Shown here in pieces: positions 1-7,106 of a DNA stretch of 14,607 nt. Origin of the DNA: Promethearchaeota archaeon (GTDB taxonomy: Archaea > Asgardarchaeota > Lokiarchaeia > Sigyniarchaeales > SOKP01); contig RDOE01000082.1 of assembly GCA_011364975.1 (NCBI GenBank), positions 1-14,607 on the forward strand, written 5' to 3'. The number at the start of each line of letters is the position of its first letter. Positions within the stretch are counted from its first letter, which is position 1. The notes below the pieces were generated by a model. The model made no database searches and was not told the DNA's origin. It saw only the letters and a list, made by a program, of their open reading frames with translations. The translations under genes and the position numbers were made by a program.

Positions 1-577
1 TGATTCCCCTACAGATTTCATTTAGGTTATGAGGTGGCATAGAAGTAGCCATCCCTACAGCAATTCCCTTAGTGCCATTTAATAAGATATTTGGAAGTTT
101 TGCGGGCAAATATATTGGTTCAGAGGTACTATTGTCAAAGTTAGGCTGAAATGTCACCGTTTCTTTCTCAATATCCTCAATTAACTCTGCTGAGACTTGC
201 GCAAGCCTTGCTTCAGTATACCTATAAGCGGCTGGTGGATCTCCATCTATGGATCCAAAATTGCCTTGCGGATGGATTAATGGGTATCTTAATGAAAAAT
301 CTTGTCCCATTCTTACTAAAGCATTATAAACTGCCATATCTCCATGAGGATGATAGTTACCAAGTGTTTCTCCAACTATTTTAGCACATTTAACATGAGA
401 ACTATTATAGTTCCAATTATTAACAGCCATAGCATATAGTATTCTTCTATGTACTGGTTTGAGGCCATCTCGAGCATCGGGGATCGCTCTACCCACTACA
501 ACGGACATAGCATAATCAATGTAGCTGCTTTGCATTTCCTCTTTTAATAATATCTCTTTAATTTTGCCTTCAGTCAA
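1..577 (-). CDS. gyrA: DNA gyrase subunit A, N-terminal part (runs off the left edge of the window)
   Basis: Not in the ORF track; manual translation from TTG at 577 (in-frame TAA three codons upstream): [50 protein letters not shown]...[53 protein letters not shown]...[29 protein letters not shown]. Hallmark type IIA topoisomerase A-subunit motifs with catalytic Tyr (codon 120, 218-220); directly downstream of gyrB. The GyrA-box lies outside the window, so gyrase vs ParC rests on gene order and overall similarity. Confidence 0.95.
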   Translation of the reverse strand, partial: MTEGKIKEILLKEEMQSSYIDYAMSVVVGRAIPDARDGLKPVHRRILYAMAVNNWNYNSSHVKCAKIVGETLGNYHPHGDMAVYNALVRMGQDFSLRYPLIHPQGNFGSIDGDPPAAYRYTEARLAQVSAELIEDIEKETVTFQPNFDNSTSEPIYLPAKLPNILLNGTKGIAVGMATSMPPHNLNEICRGI

Positions 578-623
578 ATTGAATTACCATTTTTATTGGA
601 TTTTAAAATCAAATAATAAGATA

Positions 624-2639
624 TTAGATATCTAGCACATTAACCTCATCGAAATTACTAATAATAAATTTTTTACGTGCTAATACTTCTTTTCCCATTA
701 ATTTTGTAAATATTAAATCATTCTCTAAATAATCTTCATAAGTAACTTTTTTTAATATCCGGGATTCTCTTTTCATCGTTGTGTCAAATAACTCATCAGC
801 ATTCATCTCTCCAAGTCCTTTATACCTCTGGACTTTAATTGAATCCGTATTTGATAACTTATATTTTGTTTTCAACTCATTTAATATGGTTTCTTTCTCT
901 TGGTCTGAATATACATATATCTTATTATTTTTATATGACACTTTGTATAATGGAGGAACTGCTATATATAAATAACCATCATCTATTATTGGTCTTAGAT
1001 ATCTAAAAAAGAAAGTAAGTAGAAGAGTTTCAATATGAAATCCATCCACATCAGCATCACACATAATAATAACTTTATGATATCGTAATTTACTGATGTC
1101 AAAATCCTCCTCTTCATCTCCCTCCTCAGAATCTTCAGTATCACCGTTAGTTCCATTGCCTTCATCAGACCATTGAATACCAGCACCTAGAGCTTTGATA
1201 ATAGCTTGTATTTCGGTGTTTTTTAAAATTTTATCCAATCTAGCTTTCTCAACATTTAATATTTTACCTCTTATTGGAAGAATTGCTTGATAGTTTCTAT
1301 CTCTTCCTTGTTTAGCAGGGCCTCCCGCAGAATCACCCTCTACAATAAATAATTCGGCTTGTTGTGGATCATTTGATGAGCAATCTGCGAGTTTTCCAGG
1401 CATTCTAGCACTATCTAATGCAGATTTTCTTCGTATTAACAATTTAGCTTTTTGAGCCGCCTCTCGAGCTAATTTTGCATTTATTGTCTTTAAAACGATC
1501 TTTTTCGCAGTTTCAGGATGTTCCTCTAAATATTGAGTTAATTTGTCAGTCACTATTTGACTTATAATTTGTCTTATCTCAGGGTTTCCCAATTTTATTT
1601 TAGTTTGACTTTCAAATTGTGGATTTGGTAATTTAATAGATATCACCGCAGATAAACCTTCTCTGGTGTCAGCTCCGCTTAATACATGCTCCTTATATTT
1701 TTTCTCCATAAAATTCTCAATATAAGAGTTAAATGCCCTTGTGAGCGAGGATTTGAAACCCGTAAGGTGAGTACCGCCTTCAATTGTATTTATAGTATTC
1801 GCAAAAGTTAAAACGTTAGTTTGATATCCTTGATTATATTGCATTGCCAAATCGCAATAAACATCCTCATTATCATCATTCTTAGCTGAATCAGAGATAT
1901 AAATAATATCATTATGCAATGGCTGCTTATCTTTATTCAGATAGGCAATAAATTCTTTAATTCCGCCTTCATAAAAAAATTCGTGTGTGTCGTCAGTAAA
2001 TTTATTGTGTAATTCAAATCTTGCTTGCGGAGTCAAAAAGGCAAGCTCTCTTATCCTGTTTACGATTATTGCGGGAGTAAACACTCGTTCTTCTTTATTA
2101 AACTCAAAAATCTTTTCATCCGGATAAAAGGTAATTTTCGTATAAGTTTGTATTTGGTTTGTTTCACTAATTTCCGGGTCAGATACATGAACCCCTCTTG
2201 AGAACTTTTGCTTGTAAAGCAAACCATCTCTACAAATTTCTACTTGCAACCATTCTGTTAGCGCATTAACAACGGATAAGCCAACACCATGAAGTCCTCC
2301 AGAAATCTTATAACTTTTTTTATCAAATTTCCCTCCTGCATGTAGATGCTCCAATATAACTTCCAATGCTGGTCTATTAAATTCGGGATGGTCATCTATT
2401 GGGATACCCCGTCCATTATCATAGATTTGAACAGAATTATCATTTAAAAGAGTGACTTTGATCTCATTAGCAAACCCACCGATAGCTTCGTCGACAGAAT
2501 TATCCAAAACTTCAAAAACAAGATGGTGCAACCCTTTCTTTCCAGTATCACCAATATACATGGCAGGGCGTTTTCGAACACCTTCTAACCCTTTTAGGAC
2601 TTGAATATCCTCTGCTTCATATGTATTATGATCAGACAT
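624..2639 (-). CDS. gyrB: DNA gyrase subunit B (671 aa)
   Basis: LKGLEGVRKRPAMYIG, EVLDNSVDE, DNGRGIP, LHAGGKF, GGLHGVGLSVVNAL (GHKL ATPase); VEGDSAGG, PIRGKILNV, IMCDADVDG (TOPRIM); QRYKGLGEMN. Confidence 0.97.
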   Translation of the reverse strand: MSDHNTYEAEDIQVLKGLEGVRKRPAMYIGDTGKKGLHHLVFEVLDNSVDEAIGGFANEIKVTLLNDNSVQIYDNGRGIPIDDHPEFNRPALEVILEHLHAGGKFDKKSYKISGGLHGVGLSVVNALTEWLQVEICRDGLLYKQKFSRGVHVSDPEISETNQIQTYTKITFYPDEKIFEFNKEERVFTPAIIVNRIRELAFLTPQARFELHNKFTDDTHEFFYEGGIKEFIAYLNKDKQPLHNDIIYISDSAKNDDNEDVYCDLAMQYNQGYQTNVLTFANTINTIEGGTHLTGFKSSLTRAFNSYIENFMEKKYKEHVLSGADTREGLSAVISIKLPNPQFESQTKIKLGNPEIRQIISQIVTDKLTQYLEEHPETAKKIVLKTINAKLAREAAQKAKLLIRRKSALDSARMPGKLADCSSNDPQQAELFIVEGDSAGGPAKQGRDRNYQAILPIRGKILNVEKARLDKILKNTEIQAIIKALGAGIQWSDEGNGTNGDTEDSEEGDEEEDFDISKLRYHKVIIMCDADVDGFHIETLLLTFFFRYLRPIIDDGYLYIAVPPLYKVSYKNNKIYVYSDQEKETILNELKTKYKLSNTDSIKVQRYKGLGEMNADELFDTTMKRESRILKKVTYEDYLENDLIFTKLMGKEVLARKKFIISNFDEVNVLDI

Positions 2640-2926
2640 AAAAAACCTGTTATGTTGTATAATACTTTGTAATAGTAAAATTATCTCTTCGTAATTGAAT
2701 TGTGAAGATAATTTAGCAAATTACATATAATATATGTTATTACTCGAATTTAAATATAAGCACATTTTTTTGTACTTTAAAATCGCAAAAAGTTAACGGA
2801 GATTTACCAAAATCATTAATATTGTGTTTTAATCAACTAATTTTGCTAAAAAGTAATGAATTTCGTAGATTTAAGGTTGTAAAGCTTAAATTTTTCTGAA
2901 GTTTTTTGTGGAATGAAATACACTTT

Positions 2927-3790
2927 TCATTGATTTCTCCTAATTTCTTCAGCCATCTTAACTGTTTCTGATAACTTTTTATCTACATCATGAGTGCGGA
3001 CAATATGGGCCCCATTATATATAGCTATTGCTGTAGCAGCGAGAGATCCATTTAGTCTTTTTTCAGGTTCTGGAATATTTAAGGTCGTTCCAATAAAAGA
3101 TTTTCTCGAAATTGCAACCAGTACAGGTTTGTGTAATGAACGTAATTTCTGTAAATTCCCTATAATTTTTAAATCATATATATGGGTTTTTTCTTCAATC
3201 CAATGACCAATTCCTGGGTCTAATATTATTTTATTTATATCATATCCTCCCTTCTTTAATATATTAATAGTTTTTTTGAATTCTTTAACAATTTCTTCAA
3301 TGGTGCATAAATCTCCAGGTATTAATTTTGATGCCATTAAAATAATAGGTAAATCTTTATCTATTATAAAGTCTATTAAAGATGGATCGGTTTTGAGGCA
3401 ACTCACATCATTTACCATAATATTTCTGTTATACTTCATAGCAATATCGTGATTTTTTTCAGCAACTTTTGCATATTGGGTATCCACGGAGATTGTAATA
3501 TTTTTAGGTATTATCTTGCATATAAGTTCCATAGCAGGAATGATTCGTTTTAATTCATCCTCGATGGTTATCTTTTTAGACCATGGTGCAGTCGATCTGG
3601 CCCCTAAATCTAGTATCCTAGCCCCATTTTCAATCATAGTTAAGGTGGCATTCTGTAATGAATTTAAGTCCTCATATACAGAGCCCTTATAAAAAGATTC
3701 GGGACTTAGGTTGAGTACTCCCATTATTATTGTAGGAAAATTATCCCCTATTTCTAAAGAATCATAGTACTTTGCATAGATTTTATCCAT
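2927..3790 (-). CDS. folP: Dihydropteroate synthase family (pterin-binding TIM barrel), 287 aa
   Basis: IMGVLNLSPESF, LDLGARSTAP, ISVDT, MVNDVS, IILDPGIG, ISRKSFIG, IVRTHDV: pterin-binding Asn/Asp/Lys/Arg residues of FolP are retained. Confidence 0.9.
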   Translation of the reverse strand: MDKIYAKYYDSLEIGDNFPTIIMGVLNLSPESFYKGSVYEDLNSLQNATLTMIENGARILDLGARSTAPWSKKITIEDELKRIIPAMELICKIIPKNITISVDTQYAKVAEKNHDIAMKYNRNIMVNDVSCLKTDPSLIDFIIDKDLPIILMASKLIPGDLCTIEEIVKEFKKTINILKKGGYDINKIILDPGIGHWIEEKTHIYDLKIIGNLQKLRSLHKPVLVAISRKSFIGTTLNIPEPEKRLNGSLAATAIAIYNGAHIVRTHDVDKKLSETVKMAEEIRRNQ

Positions 3791-3846
3791 ACTTATCTAT
3801 ATTTGTAAAAAACTATATCAAATAAGTTTAATTTTTTTCTTCAATC

Positions 3847-4641
3847 ATGCAGTTGTTTTCATTAAAACTCCCCTTAATAAGAGAAAATGATCCGTTATTA
3901 GATATTATTATAACTCATCTTAAACAAGAAGATGAGACTCTAAAAGAAGGGGATATAGTGGTAATTGCTGAAAAGGTAATTGCTACCGCTCAGGGAAGGG
4001 TTATTGATCTTAATACGATAACAAACATCTCAAAAGAAGCAAAAAAGTTAGCAAAGAACTACGATATGGATGAAAGATATGTCCAATTAATATTAAAGGA
4101 ATCTTCTATGATACTAGGTGGAATGACACATGTAATCTTAGCAAAAGTACATGATTTTCTTATCGCTAATGCAGGTATTGATCAATCTAATGCGGGTCCT
4201 AATAAAGTTGTCCTTTTACCAGACAATTTAAAAAAGGTCGCGTGGGAATACCGAGATATACTGAAAGGTGAATTTAATCTGAATAATTTGGGAGTAATAA
4301 TCGCTGACTCAAGAGTTCAACCATTGAGAAAGGGCACAATAGGAATTGCAATCGCAACTGCTGGATTCGAACCAATTGAGGATTTACGAGGAAATCCTGA
4401 TTTATTTAATCGCCCCATGCAAATTACCATGAGAGCAGTTGCTGATGATTTAGCTAGCGCCGCACAATTTTTATTGAATGAAACTGATCAGCGTACTCCT
4501 GTAGTGATAATAAGAGGCGCTAATTTAGAATTTACAAATACACCATTAAGTACTCCAGAAATGGCTCCAGAAGAATGTCTTTATATGAACATTTTTTCAA
4601 AATATTTACTTACCAAAACTTCGAGAGACAAGGAGGATTAA
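3847..4641 (+). CDS. cofE: CofE-family gamma-glutamyl ligase (F420-0:L-glutamate ligase or folate/pterin glutamyl ligase), 264 aa
   Basis: LPLIRENDPL, GDIVVIAEKVIATAQGR, ANAGIDQSN, GVIIADS, DLRGNPDLFNR, AVADDLASAA, PVVIIRG are characteristic CofE motifs. Confidence 0.88.
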   Translation: MQLFSLKLPLIRENDPLLDIIITHLKQEDETLKEGDIVVIAEKVIATAQGRVIDLNTITNISKEAKKLAKNYDMDERYVQLILKESSMILGGMTHVILAKVHDFLIANAGIDQSNAGPNKVVLLPDNLKKVAWEYRDILKGEFNLNNLGVIIADSRVQPLRKGTIGIAIATAGFEPIEDLRGNPDLFNRPMQITMRAVADDLASAAQFLLNETDQRTPVVIIRGANLEFTNTPLSTPEMAPEECLYMNIFSKYLLTKTSRDKED

Positions 4642-4695
4642 CTTTTTAATTGCTTTAATCTTGTTCTGTTAATAATAAATTTAACTGATTCATAA

Positions 4696-4716
4696 TAAGA
4701 AGGTTTATATATATAA
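4696..4716 (+). promoter_or_regulatory. Putative archaeal promoter (purine-rich BRE + TATA box) for the acidic microprotein
   Basis: TAAGAAGG-TTTATATATATAA about 80-90 nt upstream of ATG 4794; an SD-like GAGAGAGGT follows at 4775-4783. Confidence 0.5.
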
Positions 4717-4793
4717 TAATGTTCTTTTTATACTTAGATTATAATAAAATCACAGATTAAATTTAATCAAATAAGAGAGAGGTTTGATAATTG

Positions 4794-4931
4794 ATGAATT
4801 CAGATAATAATCATTATAATCGAGATGATGATGAGTGGGAAGACGACTATGATGACAATGATGAAGAATGGGAAGACGATGATGAAGAATGGGACGATAA
4901 GGATGATGAAGATTTAGAATATATCAATTAA
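4794..4931 (+). CDS. Unannotated 45-aa hyper-acidic, Trp-repeat microprotein: MNSDNNHYNRDDDEWEDDYDDNDEEWEDDDEEWDDKDDEDLEYIN
   Basis: Below the ORF-track length cut-off. ATG 4794 (in-frame TTG at 4791) to TAA 4929-4931; SD-like GAGAGAGGT upstream; markedly more G-rich than flanking intergenic DNA; 26/45 residues are D/E; repeat units differ partly at synonymous positions. Confidence 0.75.
   Translation: MNSDNNHYNRDDDEWEDDYDDNDEEWEDDDEEWDDKDDEDLEYIN
4827..4901 (+). repeat. Three imperfect 21-nt (7-codon) repeat units within the microprotein
   Basis: GATGATGAGTGGGAAGACGAC (4827-4847), GATGAAGAATGGGAAGACGAT (4860-4880), GATGAAGAATGGGACGATAAG (4881-4901). Confidence 0.85.
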
Positions 4932-5056
4932 AAACGTTAGAGTATTCGATTATATAATATCACACTAATTGAATTTTTTATCAAAATATTTTTTATTAAA
5001 AAATTTTAAAGCGTCCCCTTTTGTAATATGAGACGAAATAATTATCCCTCTTATAT

Positions 5057-6067
5057 TTAGATAATCTTTAATTTTTGAAATAATGCGGATACGAGTATTG
5101 GAAGAGCTATGGTTGCATCACACCATACACTAACGTATTTTGACTCTAATGAATATTTTCCCCATGATTTAGACTCTGAAATCGTACATCCGGAGAGTCC
5201 ACCATCATATTCTGTTGCTGTATGGATACGAACAGAATAATTATATCCAATGGTTTCCATATCTTCAATTTGATCTAGTAATGGAAAAATTTGTTGAGCC
5301 CAATTTCTAGGAACACCTCCTCCAACTATTAATGTACCATATTCCTCATAACTTTTAATAATTTCTGCAAATTTTAATACATCTCTAAAAATGTCAAGCT
5401 TAAAGGAATATCCCTCCCTTACTGAAAATTTAATCAAGTCTAAAGCTAATTCTGAATCTGAAAATGCAGGTATAAATATAGGAACTTTATATTTCGCCGC
5501 TATGGATATTATACTTCTAGTATGAATATTTTCTCCCAATATCCTCAAAAATTCTGAAGGAGCTAGATCAATCGTTTTTTCTTTAAATACATTCTTAATT
5601 ATTTTCAATAACTCATTTTCAGCTTTCTTATAATTCTCTTCCGGCAAAAATACATCATAAATTCGATTTATTCTATGCTGAAACAATTCATTATCATCTA
5701 CGTTAGGTGAGCCCATATAATGACCTACATTTGAAAAAACATCAACGATATCATGAATAATATTTGCTCCCGTAGAAACTATAACATCAATTAATTTGTG
5801 TTCTATTAGAGCACAGATTAAATCCCCCATACCAGCGGGAACCATTGCTCCTGATAAGGTTAATACAGTTAAAATCTTTTCTGAACTTACCATTGTATAA
5901 AGTACATCGAGAGCTTTTCCTAAATTTCTTCCTTGAAATCCACAATTCTTTAAGGAATTGAGTAGATCCTCTATGGTTTTCACTTTGTATACATTAAAAG
6001 GTGTTATTTTTTTAAATAAAAAATGATCTTGTTGTTTATTACTCATAATAGGTATATTATATTCCAA
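5057..6067 (-). CDS. Deoxyhypusine synthase family protein (DHS or DHS-like homospermidine synthase); true start may be ATG at 6046
   Basis: GFQGRNLG, LSGAMVPAGMG, IVSTGANIIHD, INRIYDV, PIFIPAFSDSE, GGGVPRN, DGGLSGCTISESKSWGK (active-site Lys), CDATIALP. A TTTAAAA box on the minus strand at 6071-6077 sits about 25-30 nt upstream of ATG 6046, favouring a leaderless start there over TTG 6067. Confidence 0.9.
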   Translation of the reverse strand: MEYNIPIMSNKQQDHFLFKKITPFNVYKVKTIEDLLNSLKNCGFQGRNLGKALDVLYTMVSSEKILTVLTLSGAMVPAGMGDLICALIEHKLIDVIVSTGANIIHDIVDVFSNVGHYMGSPNVDDNELFQHRINRIYDVFLPEENYKKAENELLKIIKNVFKEKTIDLAPSEFLRILGENIHTRSIISIAAKYKVPIFIPAFSDSELALDLIKFSVREGYSFKLDIFRDVLKFAEIIKSYEEYGTLIVGGGVPRNWAQQIFPLLDQIEDMETIGYNYSVRIHTATEYDGGLSGCTISESKSWGKYSLESKYVSVWCDATIALPILVSALFQKLKII

Positions 6068-6391
6068 ATGTTTTAAATTAATCTAAAGAGTGCTTTTTGA
6101 AATAGAGACTAATAAAGAATTATAAAATATCACATAATCTTTTACAACTTACAACTATAAGTATAGAATATATTTTTTGGGGATATTGTAATAATTAGCA
6201 ATGTCTATTTAGATATTATACTCTAATATTTTAATAAATGATCTTAAACTCACCCAATTATTAATTTGGAAGAACTTAGTAAGACAAGCTAAGTATAATA
6301 TAAGATTATTAATATGTATAAAATAAATTTAAATAATAGTAAAAGTTATAATATAATTAATTGAATAACCTAATAGAATTATAAGTATAAG

Positions 6392-6940
6392 ATGTCACTC
6401 GTCCCAAGGAAAGTATTTTTTGTTAAGGGGATAGGTTATCACAAATCCAAGCTTGCTGCGTTCGAGCAAGCACTTAGAGAAGCAGGAATTGAAAAGTTTA
6501 ATTTAGTAAATGTTTCTTCAATTCTACCTCCCTATTGTATTGAAGTAGGAAAAGAAGATGGTTTATCACAATTAAACCCCGGTCAAATAGTATTTGCAGT
6601 GATGGCACGATCAGAATCTAATGAGTATAACCGTTTAATTTGCGCCTCGATAGGGGTAGCAAAACCTGCAGATAAAGGGCATTATGGCTACTTAAGTGAA
6701 CATCATACTTATGGAGTAAAACCAGAAAATGCTGGAGAAACAGCTGAAGATTTAGCAGCAGAAATGTTAGCCACAACTTTGGGCATACCATTTGACCCAG
6801 ATGCGAATTATGATGAAAAGAGAGAAGTATTTAAGATGGAAGGTAAGATTGTAGAAACAAAAAATATCACAGTTTGTGCTACTGTGAGAAATGAAAATGA
6901 ATGGGCAAGTGTTTTAGCAGCAGCAGTATTTATTCTCTAA
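6392..6940 (+). CDS. pdaD: Pyruvoyl-dependent arginine decarboxylase (182 aa)
   Basis: VPRKVFFVKGIG, AFEQALREAGIEKFNLVNVSSILPP (Ser-Ser autocleavage site), GYLSEHH, AEDLAAEMLATTLG, C-terminal VLAAAVF. Confidence 0.93.
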   Translation: MSLVPRKVFFVKGIGYHKSKLAAFEQALREAGIEKFNLVNVSSILPPYCIEVGKEDGLSQLNPGQIVFAVMARSESNEYNRLICASIGVAKPADKGHYGYLSEHHTYGVKPENAGETAEDLAAEMLATTLGIPFDPDANYDEKREVFKMEGKIVETKNITVCATVRNENEWASVLAAAVFIL

Positions 6941-6955
6941 ATTTTTGATTTTTTC
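6941..6955 (+). terminator. Putative archaeal oligo-U terminator after pdaD
   Basis: ATTTTTGATTTTTTC immediately after the stop codon; weak evidence in AT-rich DNA. Confidence 0.4.
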
Positions 6956-7106
6956 TAATATTTATATTTTTATGATTTATATAATGAACTACTTTTGCTC
7001 AAGAGAGAATTAATTTAAACCAATATTGGTGAAATTTTTTAGAAATCAATAATTCATTTTTTTTAAAAAGGTTAAAACAATAAATAAAATCTTCTAGTGT
7101 AAAATA

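Noticed and set aside
151-384. 77-aa plus-strand ORF in the track
   Set aside because: Antisense shadow of gyrA, which occupies 1-577 on the minus strand.
781-1186. Short ORFs 781-975 (+) and 995-1186 (-)
   Set aside because: Fully inside gyrB (antisense or alternative frame), no recognisable motifs.
4827-4901. Repeats considered as a mini-CRISPR array or non-coding VNTR
   Set aside because: Units are codon-phased, partly adjacent without unique spacers, and no cas genes are nearby; better explained as coding repeats.
6068-6391. Short repeats (TATAAGTATA twice, TTACAAC tandem, ACTTAG-N9-CTAAGT) and possible ncRNA or riboswitch in the DHS-pdaD gap
   Set aside because: Extremely AT-rich, no stable GC-containing stems; cannot be distinguished from background by eye.
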